Shown here one piece after another: positions 9,175 to 17,621 of a stretch of 64,000 bases of DNA (within the stretch, counting starts at the first letter, position 1; each line of letters begins with the position of its first letter). The stretch comes from an uncultured archaeon. Its GTDB lineage: Archaea; Altiarchaeota; Altiarchaeia; IMC4; CAZEGI01. The position numbers were made by a program, and so were the translations under genes. The stretch lies in the NCBI GenBank assembly GCA_964512105.1, contig CAZEGI010000001.1, positions 40,534 to 104,533 on the forward strand. The letters run 5' to 3'. Below the pieces are notes generated by a model, which saw only the letters and a list, made by a program, of their open reading frames with translations, had not been told where the DNA came from and did not search any database.

Positions 9175-10235
9175 TGGACAACAAGGGATACATTTACACG
9201 CTGATAACGATAACGCTCGCACTGATGCTTTTGAGTCTGGCGCTTTTTTACTTCGAGTCCACAGGAACGAAGGTCGAGGACATATCAACCAAGCTCAGAA
9301 CCGATGAGTTGTATTACTTCGTTGAATCGATGGGATACGATTTGGACAGAAGCGTTCACATAACCGCGCAACGGGCAGCAACCTATGCGATAGATGAGGT
9401 GATAGAAACCGGTAGGGGTTTAGGAGATTACGACATGGAAGGTAGAAACTGCACGGCGTTCGTGTATGGTCTGAACGGCTCGCAGGCTGCGATAGCAGAA
9501 CTCATGCTGTGCGGGACCCTCTACGGCGTCGGCACGGATTCTGCGGAGTACATGCAGAACCACACGCTTCTGGACTGGATTGGGAAAATGGAGAAAGCCG
9601 GCGATGAGCTGAATTTCGATGTTGATATCGAAGTGAAAGGGATAAACCTGTATGCTTACGACATCGGTAACTTTGCGGTTTTGACAATGCTCGATGTAGG
9701 GGTGAAAGACCGTCTGGGAATCAGCGGATACGAGCAGCGTAACATGCCGGTGCTGTCTTTAATTCCGACGAGGGGAATGGAAGATCCGCTCTACCTGCTG
9801 AAAACCAGGGAGCCGGCACTGATTCCGAGGTTTGTTCCGTGCAATGAAAGTGCGGTGGTGGATGCACGCGTTGTGGATTCGTGGATAGACACGCAGTGCT
9901 ATCGTGCCGTGGATTCCGCATACAACGCACCATCGTTCTTTGACAGGATTGATGGCAACCTTTACCTCTCAGAAAAATATCTCGAGCAGAGTTTGTGGTT
10001 GAAAGGTTCACTTGGTTCGGGAGGGAAACTTATTGGTATCGAGAATTTTTTGAATCCCGAAAGGATGAGCAGGTACGGAATTCCGGTTAACGTGAACAAC
10101 ACGTGGGTTGATTATCTGTACTGGCAAAACGTTTCGGGGGAATGTACGGTAAATGGCACGGCACACGCCTACTTCAGGATAGACCAAGGGCACGGTTTGC
10201 TGTACAACATCACGAATCTTAGCTGCAGTATATAA
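9165..10235 (+). CDS. Large pilin-like protein (class-III-signal-like N-terminus; candidate minor pilin/pseudopilin)
   Basis: The N-terminus MDMMDNKG|YIYTLITITLALMLLSLALFYFE is a short charged segment followed by K-G and a ~22-aa hydrophobic helix, which is the prepilin-like architecture. The start overlaps the upstream gene by 10 nt. Confidence 0.4.
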   Translation: MDMMDNKGYIYTLITITLALMLLSLALFYFESTGTKVEDISTKLRTDELYYFVESMGYDLDRSVHITAQRAATYAIDEVIETGRGLGDYDMEGRNCTAFVYGLNGSQAAIAELMLCGTLYGVGTDSAEYMQNHTLLDWIGKMEKAGDELNFDVDIEVKGINLYAYDIGNFAVLTMLDVGVKDRLGISGYEQRNMPVLSLIPTRGMEDPLYLLKTREPALIPRFVPCNESAVVDARVVDSWIDTQCYRAVDSAYNAPSFFDRIDGNLYLSEKYLEQSLWLKGSLGSGGKLIGIENFLNPERMSRYGIPVNVNNTWVDYLYWQNVSGECTVNGTAHAYFRIDQGHGLLYNITNLSCSI

Positions 10236-10255
10236 ATTGTTATTCCTATCTTTTT

Positions 10256-12001
10256 ATGATGGCAGAGAAACCCGACAAACTGAAAGAGAAACTTCTGGAA
10301 CTGCTTCAGATTAGTGGAAAAAGCGGTTTGGATGATGTTGGTAAAAAACTGAAGGTTGACAAGAAACTGCTGCTTCCGGTGGTCGAGGAACTTGCGAGGG
10401 AAGGACGCATCCGGGTCGAGACCCGAATTCTGAAGGACCCGGAGATAGAACTGATTAAAACAGCAGCCGAGAGAAAACCGGATGAAATAAAGGTAGCAAA
10501 GAAGGTTGAGGGGAAGGTTGTTGAATCCTACGACATAGTTGCTGACGACGTTAAACTTCCCGTGAAAATTCTAGAGGTCGGGGATTACGTAAGGCACTAC
10601 GATGTCGCGTTGCCGCATATAGATTTGTCAACGCGTGCGATTCTCGACGAAACCAAGCGCATGCTGGTTGGCGATATCCAGATTGAAACCCGCGAGGCGA
10701 TAGATTCCGAAACCTTCCAGAGGTTGAGGGAAAGATTCGTGATACACTCGAAGGAACGGCTGAAGGATGTTTTAAAGGAGAGGTCCGAAGAGGACATCGG
10801 GCTTTTGTCGAGGGTTTTGGTAAACGAAATGTTGGGTTTGGGTGACCTTGAATACCTACTGCTTGACACGAACCTTGAGGAAGTAACTGTCAACAACAGC
10901 CGGGAACCGGTGTGGGTTTACCACAAAAAACACGGCTGGCTGAAAACGGAGATGATTATTCCGACCGAGGACATGATCAGGAATTATTCCTCGAGAATTG
11001 CGAGGGAAGTCGGCAGGGAGATAACGCACCTCGAGCCGCTGCTGGACGCCCACCTTCTTACGGGAGACAGGTTTAACGCCACGCTGTTCCCGGTATCCAC
11101 GCAGGGCAACACCATAACCATAAGGCGGTTCTCGAGGGTGCCATGGACGATTGTAAACCTCATGTCTGATGAACTTAAAACAGTAAATTCGAGCGTTGCG
11201 GCGTTCCTCTGGCTTGCGGTTGAATATGAGCTAAGTATGCTGGTCACCGGCGGAACCGCTGCTGGAAAAACAACAGTCCTCAATGCAATGATGCCGTTCA
11301 TGCCAGCCAACCAGAGGATAATAACGATGGAGGACACCCGTGAATTGAACCTGCCGGATTACCTGCAGTGGATTTCTCTGGTGAGCAGGCCTCCGAACCC
11401 GCAGGGTGAAGGCGAGGTGTCAATGCTGGATTTGGCAAAAAACGCTTTGAGAATGCGCCCGGACCGCGTTATAATCGGCGAGGTCAGAAGGAGGGAAGAA
11501 ACCGAAGTTTTATTCGAGGCCATGCACACCGGACATTCGGTTTATGGAACCTTCCATGCGGACCGCGCAGCCGAGGTCGTGGAAAGAATCACGAGCCCGC
11601 CGATGAATATTCCGGGCATTGTTCTTGGCTCCCTGCATCTGATCGTAACAACGTATCGCAACAGAAGGACAGGAACGAGAAGAATCTTCGAGATAGCGGA
11701 ACTGTTGAGGACGGAAACCGGAAAGCCGAACCTGAACGTACTTTACATATGGGACCCGAAAACCGACACCACGAAGCCGATGTACCCGAGCATGCGGGTA
11801 AAGGAGGAAATCGAAACGTTCACGGGCATGAGCGAAAAGGAAATCAAGGATAATCTGGACGACAAGCGGATGGTGCTTGAGGTGTTGCTGAAGCAGGGCA
11901 TTTTCGATGTTAACAACGTCGGAAGGATTATAAGCCGCTATTACATGGAACCGGATAAGGTAATCGAAGCCGCAAAACGCGGTAAATCTCTAAAGGAGTA
12001 A
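10256..12001 (+). CDS. Type IV pilus / archaellum-type secretion ATPase (VirB11/PilB/TadA/FlaI family)
   Basis: Walker A is LVTGGTAAGKTTVLNAMM. The Asp box/Walker B region is IITMEDTRELNLP and the His box is RPDRVIIGEVRRREE...EAMHTGHSVYGTFHA. Length is 581 aa. Confidence 0.85.
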   Translation: MMAEKPDKLKEKLLELLQISGKSGLDDVGKKLKVDKKLLLPVVEELAREGRIRVETRILKDPEIELIKTAAERKPDEIKVAKKVEGKVVESYDIVADDVKLPVKILEVGDYVRHYDVALPHIDLSTRAILDETKRMLVGDIQIETREAIDSETFQRLRERFVIHSKERLKDVLKERSEEDIGLLSRVLVNEMLGLGDLEYLLLDTNLEEVTVNNSREPVWVYHKKHGWLKTEMIIPTEDMIRNYSSRIAREVGREITHLEPLLDAHLLTGDRFNATLFPVSTQGNTITIRRFSRVPWTIVNLMSDELKTVNSSVAAFLWLAVEYELSMLVTGGTAAGKTTVLNAMMPFMPANQRIITMEDTRELNLPDYLQWISLVSRPPNPQGEGEVSMLDLAKNALRMRPDRVIIGEVRRREETEVLFEAMHTGHSVYGTFHADRAAEVVERITSPPMNIPGIVLGSLHLIVTTYRNRRTGTRRIFEIAELLRTETGKPNLNVLYIWDPKTDTTKPMYPSMRVKEEIETFTGMSEKEIKDNLDDKRMVLEVLLKQGIFDVNNVGRIISRYYMEPDKVIEAAKRGKSLKE

Positions 12002-12002
12002 G

Positions 12003-12872
12003 ATGGTATCCATCCTGGAATCGGAGCTTGTGGAAACTGCATCGAAACCTTTCAGGAGTACTGCCGAAAGGCTTACGGTTTTGTTCCCGAGTCTGGAATG
12101 GGACCTGAAAAAAGCGGGTTACATAATAGACACGATACAGTTTCTGTCCGTAGTTCTGTATCTCACGACGTTGGTTTTTGTAACTTCCGTGCTTTTTACA
12201 ACGCTCCCCATAATCATGCTTGAGGGCTTTACGAGAACGCTCTACTTTCTTGTGATTTTCTGCGCCGGAGTGAGTGCGCTTACCTTTTTCTACCTGATTA
12301 TCACGCCGCACGCAAGGATGCAGCGGCGTGCGAGACTTATCGACAAGGACCTCGAGTACATGTTGAAGGATATCGAGATACAACTGAGCGCCGGGATACC
12401 GTTGTTCGACACGTTTGTCAACGTGTCCAGGGGGCAGTACGGTGAATGCTCCGCAATAGCCAATGGCATAGTCCAGGAGGTTGAATCCGGTAAGTCCATA
12501 ACGGATGTGCTGAACGATGTCGGAATGTGGTCGCCCTCGGAGTATCTAAGGGGGGTTTTGTGGCAGATTGTGAACGCTGTAAAAACCGGCTCAAACGTGT
12601 CTGAAGTTTTGGGTGCATTGTCGGAGGACATAAGGATAGATAAAAAAAGCAGGATTGAGTCGTACGGGCACGAACTGAATCTCTGGGGTCTGATATACAT
12701 GATGGGTGCGATTATAATGCCGTCGATGGGCGTCACGCTTATGATAATACTGTCAACGTTCCTCGGAGCCAAGATAATAAATGAAAGGCTGCTGTGGATT
12801 ATACTTCTCGCCCTGATGATATTTCAGACCCTGCTGATAACGTTCATAAAAGGCAGGAGGCCGGAGGTTTAG
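12003..12872 (+). CDS. T2SSF-domain polytopic membrane protein (TadB-like half of a split FlaJ/PilC platform)
   Basis: It starts 1 nt after the ATPase stop. It has several TM helices plus a cytoplasmic T2SSF-like segment (DIEIQLSAGIPLFDTFVNVS...GKSITDVL). Together with the next gene it equals a split FlaJ/TadBC. Confidence 0.65.
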   Translation: MVSILESELVETASKPFRSTAERLTVLFPSLEWDLKKAGYIIDTIQFLSVVLYLTTLVFVTSVLFTTLPIIMLEGFTRTLYFLVIFCAGVSALTFFYLIITPHARMQRRARLIDKDLEYMLKDIEIQLSAGIPLFDTFVNVSRGQYGECSAIANGIVQEVESGKSITDVLNDVGMWSPSEYLRGVLWQIVNAVKTGSNVSEVLGALSEDIRIDKKSRIESYGHELNLWGLIYMMGAIIMPSMGVTLMIILSTFLGAKIINERLLWIILLALMIFQTLLITFIKGRRPEV

Positions 12873-12873
12873 A

Positions 12874-14016
12874 ATGACCGATGGAAAAGATTTCAGAGGT
12901 GTGTTAAGAGGCGCACTCGGACCTGTGCTATGGCTTCTGGGGATCATACTCTGGGGCATAAACGCGATTATACTGTTTATCATAATTTCGCTGAAGGCGG
13001 TAATCGACATATTCAAGAGCGTTGTGGTTGTGTTGCCATCGAAACTCGAGAGAATCGTTCCGAGCCCCCTTCAGGGCAGACTGAACCAGCTTCTGGTTTA
13101 CGCCGGAATAAAACGAACGTCAAGCGATGTTATCAGCATAACGCTGATTTACAGTCTGGTATTGAGCATCATGACCTACCTCATCCTCTACATTCTGAAG
13201 GTTTCTATACCTATTTTGTTGATGAGCACGGTGGTTGTATTCATATTTGTGTGGCTGGTAATGTACGCCACCGTGAATTTTCTTATGGAGAAGCGGGCGG
13301 AGATTATAGAGGAGGTTCTGCCCGACATCCTCGACATGATTTCCCAGAACATGATAGCGGGAATGACCACGTACAACGCGCTGTGGTCGGCTGCAAGACC
13401 CGAATTCGGGCCTCTCGCAGTTGAGATACAGACGGTTGCACGAGCTACCCTGGCCGGAACTCCGTTAACAGACGCGCTCATAGGAATGACCAACCGCATA
13501 AAATCAATGCGTCTGGAGAGAAGCGTAAAACTGATTATTCAAGGAATACAGTCCGGCGGTGAACTCCCAAACGTTCTGAAAGGAATATCAGCAGACATGC
13601 GCGCGGAGCACAACCTGAGAAAGGAAATCCGTGCGGAAACCAATATCAACACGATATTCATCCTGTTCTCGATTCTGGTTGGCGCGCCCGTGCTGTTTGC
13701 CGTGTCGTTACAGTTCATAACGATATTTTCCACGCTTTTCTCGAGAATAAACGTATCGGAATTGACAAACATATCCCGGCACACGATGATAACGCTGAGG
13801 GAGCTTTCGATATCGCCTGAATTCTTTATGCAATACGCCATGGCAATACTCATTGTTCTCAGTTTCTACGGCGCGCTTCTCATCGGCCTGGTACGAACGG
13901 GGAAGATTATAACAGGAATACGGAATATACCGATACTGATAATCGTATCCACGGGTGTGTTTTTCTTGGTAAATTATCTGCTTGAGATATTCTTGAGCGG
14001 ATTGATGAGGTTGTAG
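12874..14016 (+). CDS. T2SSF-domain polytopic membrane protein (TadC-like second half of the platform protein)
   Basis: It starts 1 nt after the previous stop. It has TM helices and the cytoplasmic segment EEVLPDILDMISQNMIAGMTTYNALWSAARPEFGPLAVEIQTVARATLAGTPLTDAL, which is typical of GspF/TadC repeats. Confidence 0.65.
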   Translation: MTDGKDFRGVLRGALGPVLWLLGIILWGINAIILFIIISLKAVIDIFKSVVVVLPSKLERIVPSPLQGRLNQLLVYAGIKRTSSDVISITLIYSLVLSIMTYLILYILKVSIPILLMSTVVVFIFVWLVMYATVNFLMEKRAEIIEEVLPDILDMISQNMIAGMTTYNALWSAARPEFGPLAVEIQTVARATLAGTPLTDALIGMTNRIKSMRLERSVKLIIQGIQSGGELPNVLKGISADMRAEHNLRKEIRAETNINTIFILFSILVGAPVLFAVSLQFITIFSTLFSRINVSELTNISRHTMITLRELSISPEFFMQYAMAILIVLSFYGALLIGLVRTGKIITGIRNIPILIIVSTGVFFLVNYLLEIFLSGLMRL

Positions 14017-14078
14017 GATTTAAATACAGAGCAGGAATGTATTATATTCTCGCATCAATTTAGTTAATTCAACGTAAA

Positions 14079-15182
14079 ATGCCGGTGGAAAACAACGGAG
14101 AAAAAACCCCGTATGGTGTGAACAACCAACATCAGGACAGAAAGAAGGCCATCTGCGTTACGCTGACCCAACCAGACAATCCGGTGAGGGTCGAGTGCAA
14201 CACAACGGACGAGATTCTCAGTTTAATCCAGGATGCCAAGATTGCCTGGGTTGACTTCATGGTCTCGGACATTGAGGGTGAGGGTGAAGCGATTGCAACA
14301 CGATTGGGTTTTGGGCCAAACCTTGTTTCGGTCCTGATTAAGGGTTATTACTCGAGCTACGAGGATCGCGATACTGAACTTGGGCTGGTGGTGCCGAATG
14401 TCAGTGTTGAAAAACTCGAGGTTACGGTAACCCCGTTGCTGATACTGATGAGAAAGGGTTTGATTGTAACACTGCACAAGGGTACATCGCGACGTCTTTT
14501 AAAGTTTTCGCGTTATGCAAACACCTTCATGCGCAAGATGCCGCCTGAAACGACGTGGCAGGACGCACTGACCATTGTTCTGACGAGAATTCTGGACGAA
14601 AACAACAGCAGGAACTTCGACCACCTGAGGGAGATAGAGGAACAGGCGGATGAACTCAGCAGGGACCTCATGGACCCGAGAACGCCAAGAACCAAGATCG
14701 GGCCTGAGATATACAACATGAAGCATGCCCTCATAACCTACATGAACGCGCTCTGGGCGACGCTTGACGTGCTGGATTCATTACGATACGGCGATGCCGA
14801 ACTGCTAACGGACAACGCAAAGTTGTTGAGGAGGATAGGCATCCTTGCCGATGATGTCAACAGGCAGCTTTCCCTGAGCGAACACATGAGCGAAGTGCTT
14901 GCTTCAGGACTCGAGGTTTTGCAGACGATTTACAACAACCAGCTCCAGATGCTGAACAACCGTTTGTCTTTGGTGGTAACGTGGCTCACTATTGTTGGCA
15001 CAGCGATACTTATACCAAACACGCTCGCAACGATATATGGAATTCCTGCAATTTCTGAACATATCGATTGGCATTTCACAATCTGGACTATTCTGCTGAC
15101 ATCCATTCTTTCGGCTATTGTAACGTTCTATTACTTCAAATGGAGGGGTAAGATTCCAACATCATCGGAGCATTACGATTGA
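14079..15182 (+). CDS. CorA-family divalent cation channel homolog with an atypical pore motif (Y-G-I-P instead of Y-G-M-N)
   Basis: A ~300-aa soluble N-domain is followed by two C-terminal TM helices (LSLVVTWLTIVGTAILIPNTLATIYGIPAI ... FTIWTILLTSILSAIVTFYYFKW). This aligns with CorA (IFIPLTFIAGIYGMNF) except that GMN becomes GIP. Confidence 0.6.
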   Translation: MPVENNGEKTPYGVNNQHQDRKKAICVTLTQPDNPVRVECNTTDEILSLIQDAKIAWVDFMVSDIEGEGEAIATRLGFGPNLVSVLIKGYYSSYEDRDTELGLVVPNVSVEKLEVTVTPLLILMRKGLIVTLHKGTSRRLLKFSRYANTFMRKMPPETTWQDALTIVLTRILDENNSRNFDHLREIEEQADELSRDLMDPRTPRTKIGPEIYNMKHALITYMNALWATLDVLDSLRYGDAELLTDNAKLLRRIGILADDVNRQLSLSEHMSEVLASGLEVLQTIYNNQLQMLNNRLSLVVTWLTIVGTAILIPNTLATIYGIPAISEHIDWHFTIWTILLTSILSAIVTFYYFKWRGKIPTSSEHYD

Positions 15183-15920
15183 TTATAGATACTCCGCATG
15201 TTTCATTATAACGTTTCCTAAATTTTTAACCTCTCTTTCGCTTAGTCCTGTGCCTTCGGTGTTGTTCTTTATGAACTCCACCAGCTTGTTTGGAGAAACA
15301 ATGCTAACTGTCGGATTTTTTATTTTCAGCACTACTGCGGGGTTTGTGAACACCAGTATACCCTCGACCCATATATGGGGTGTTTTTTTGAATATCTCCC
15401 TTTGATGCCTTAGTATGAAGTCCTTCAGCACCTTTGCGTTTCGCTTAACCTGGTTGCTCGGATTGCCTATCTCGAGCGGGTATGGTTTGCCACGCCTGCC
15501 AATCTTTCTCCTGCCCCAGACATCGCCGTTGCAACTGACCTCCCCGGAATAGTTTTTTGTTTCAACCACAAATATCCCGTTTCTGCCCAGCACGATGTGG
15601 TCAACATCACCGCGGTTCGGCGGGATTACAACGCCGCTGATCAGACAGTAGGTGTCGTCAAGTTTTTTCAGTTCGTTTATAACGATTTTTTCCCCTTCCG
15701 AGCCGCTGCCCCAGATGAGATGCTTTCGGTAGGTGTATATTCCAAGACCATAGGCTATGGGAATCAGAATCAAACCGACTGAAGCGTAAGGTACAATGTC
15801 CATGATGAAAAGTAAAAAACCCAGCAAAATCAACGTCACAAAAATCAGCAGCCTGCTCCTGTTGAGCTGTATGTTCCGCCAGACATAAAGCGTTTCCGTA
15901 TGCTTTTTCAGTAGTATCAT
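15183..15920 (-). CDS. NERD (nuclease-related domain) protein with two N-terminal TM helices
   Basis: GDVDHIVLGRNGIFVVETKNYSGEV matches the NERD core. The N-terminus is hydrophobic (LLIFVTLILLGFLLFIM; LILIPIAYGLGIY). Confidence 0.7.
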   Translation of the reverse strand: MILLKKHTETLYVWRNIQLNRSRLLIFVTLILLGFLLFIMDIVPYASVGLILIPIAYGLGIYTYRKHLIWGSGSEGEKIVINELKKLDDTYCLISGVVIPPNRGDVDHIVLGRNGIFVVETKNYSGEVSCNGDVWGRRKIGRRGKPYPLEIGNPSNQVKRNAKVLKDFILRHQREIFKKTPHIWVEGILVFTNPAVVLKIKNPTVSIVSPNKLVEFIKNNTEGTGLSEREVKNLGNVIMKHAEYL

Positions 15921-15924
15921 TTGG

Positions 15925-15991
15925 AGTTACATTTATATAGGGGTCGAAAGTAATATTTTCCTACTATATATAAAAAGAGAGGTGAAAAAAC
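15925..15991 (+). promoter_or_regulatory. Candidate archaeal promoter (TATA-like TTTATATA / CTATATATAAAAA) and Shine-Dalgarno GAGGTGA upstream of pilin gene 1
   Basis: ...catTTATATAggggtcgaaagtaatattttcctaCTATATATAAAAAgaGAGGTGAaaaaacATG. Two TATA-like boxes are present, and GGAGGTGA-like RBS lies 7 nt before the ATG at 15992. Confidence 0.5.
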
Positions 15992-16483
15992 ATGATTGGA
16001 AGAAGAGGTCAGGGTGCCATGGAGTACCTCATGACCTATGGATGGGCAATCCTGGTGGTTATGATCGTCGGGATTGTCATGTGGCAGTTGGGTATTTTTT
16101 CTATGGGAACCACAACCGTCACAGCGACGGGCTTTAGCAAGATAAAGCCACAGCTCGCCGGAACGGGTGTTTCGGGCAGCACAGGTAAGTTTACGGGGGT
16201 ATTTATGAATGGCGCAGGTTCTGCAGTAAGCGTAAAGAGTGTTACCCTTGAAGGAAAGACTGGTAATTTGGACTGTTCCGCTGCGATTGTTGCATTACCA
16301 TCGGCTCCCGTAGCTGCGGGCGATAACTTCGAGCTGTCAACAACGGCACCGACACACTGTACCGAAACGGGTAATGCCGGCGATGTCTACCAGTTGTTAG
16401 TGACGATAAACTACAACATAAGCATAGGCGGACTGACTACAGACCACTCGGACAGCGGCATAATAAGGGGGCCACTTGAATAA
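15992..16483 (+). CDS. Archaeal type IV pilin (class III signal peptide, QxSxEY motif), paralog 1
   Basis: The N-terminus MIGRRGQGAMEYLMTYGWAILVVMIVGIVMWQLGIF fits the PF04021-like class III signal (Q-x-[SA]-x-E-x3-T, then a hydrophobic helix). The C-terminus GGLTTDHSDSGIIRGPLE is shared with the two downstream paralogs. Confidence 0.8.
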   Translation: MIGRRGQGAMEYLMTYGWAILVVMIVGIVMWQLGIFSMGTTTVTATGFSKIKPQLAGTGVSGSTGKFTGVFMNGAGSAVSVKSVTLEGKTGNLDCSAAIVALPSAPVAAGDNFELSTTAPTHCTETGNAGDVYQLLVTINYNISIGGLTTDHSDSGIIRGPLE

Positions 16484-16545
16484 ACCCTTACTTTTTCTTT
16501 TTTTATTTTTTATTTGTTTTTATTTCCCCTGTTTTATATTTTATT

Positions 16546-17046
16546 ATGAAGTCCAGAAAAGCCCAGTCCGCACTGGAGTATATAACAACGTATGGTTGGG
16601 CCGTGCTCGTTGTACTTATCCTTGGAATTGCGCTGTGGCAGCTCGGAATTTTTCAGACAAGCCCTGCCACGAGTTTTTCCGGTTTTGGCGCTTTAAAGCC
16701 GCAGCTTAGCGGGACGGAATTAAAGCTTTCGGGCAGCACTGCAAACTTTACAGGGATGTTCATAAACGGTTTTGGTGACCGTGTAATCGTTACGGACGTG
16801 AACATCACGGAAAAGTATGGCGGTTGTGCTGCCGACATTACGGTTAACGACAACTTCATAGGACCAAACGGTGTAGTTATCGGGAGGGGGAATTTTTTTG
16901 TTGTGAAGGGAACGGGTATAGATACGGCGGCTGCGTCTGTTGGTGATATCTACGAACTTACGGTGCGGTTTGACTACAACATTTTGGTGGGAGGCACAAA
17001 AACCAATCACTCAGTTTCGGGAGTTATACGTGGTCCTTATGTCTAA
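16546..17046 (+). CDS. Archaeal type IV pilin, paralog 2
   Basis: MKSRKAQSALEYITTYGWAVLVVLILGIALWQLGIF, with the conserved C-terminal ...TNHSVSGVIRGPYV. Confidence 0.8.
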   Translation: MKSRKAQSALEYITTYGWAVLVVLILGIALWQLGIFQTSPATSFSGFGALKPQLSGTELKLSGSTANFTGMFINGFGDRVIVTDVNITEKYGGCAADITVNDNFIGPNGVVIGRGNFFVVKGTGIDTAAASVGDIYELTVRFDYNILVGGTKTNHSVSGVIRGPYV

Positions 17047-17527
17047 GCCGAAAAAATCCCAGGCTGCTGTAGAGTACGTGATGACCTATGGTTGGGCCAT
17101 TCTCGTCATCCTGATAGTCGGGGTGATGATGTGGCAGCTCGGCATTTTCAAGATTGGAGGTCAGACCGCGCCGGGCAGTAGGGGATTTTCACAGATAAGG
17201 CCTCTTGATTGGTCGCTCAAAAAAATAAGCGCAACCGACGGAACCCTTGACATGATAGTGGTGAACGATGCGGGAGTCATACTGCAACTGCCAGCAAACA
17301 GCGTATTCGCGGCCGTTGACCTAGTGAACTGCAGCACGGGGCCAGCAACAGCATACACGAAATTCCGACCGGGTCAGACGATACCCGTAACACTAACGTG
17401 CCAGAATCTTCCTGCAGAATATCAAACAGGGGAGTATTACAGGGCAACCGTTGTAATCAATTACATAAACCCGGCATCGGGTCTTAACCACTCGAGCGTC
17501 GGGATAGTTTTTGGAGGCGTTGAGTAA
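17039..17527 (+). CDS. Archaeal type IV pilin, paralog 3
   Basis: MSKPKKSQAAVEYVMTYGWAILVILIVGVMMWQLGIF. The ATG at 17039 overlaps the stop of paralog 2 (ATGTCTAA). Confidence 0.75.
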   Translation: MSKPKKSQAAVEYVMTYGWAILVILIVGVMMWQLGIFKIGGQTAPGSRGFSQIRPLDWSLKKISATDGTLDMIVVNDAGVILQLPANSVFAAVDLVNCSTGPATAYTKFRPGQTIPVTLTCQNLPAEYQTGEYYRATVVINYINPASGLNHSSVGIVFGGVE

Positions 17528-17621
17528 TAGCAAAACACATTAATTTATGAACTTTTTACATGCGTTTTGATAGCTAGCAAATTGCAATTATAGTTCAAAT
17601 ATTTTTGCAATTTGCTATAAT
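17528..17621. repeat. 95-bp palindromic intergenic element, copy A, the inverted partner of 28127-28220. It has internal 12-bp inverted repeats AGCAAATTGCAA/TTGCAATTTGCT and TIR-like ends
   Basis: The reverse complement of 17528-17621 matches 28127-28220 with a 62-nt perfect core (AATTGCAATTTGCTAGCTATCAAAACGCATGTAAAAAGTTCATAAATTAATGTGTTTTGCTA) plus a 14-nt block. It fills the convergent hisS/pilin intergenic space. Confidence 0.85.

Noticed and set aside
12290-13499. ORFs 12290..12772(-), 12930..13424(+) and 13188..13499(-) within the TadB/TadC genes
   Set aside because: They are alternative frames or antisense of clear membrane-protein genes with no motifs of their own.
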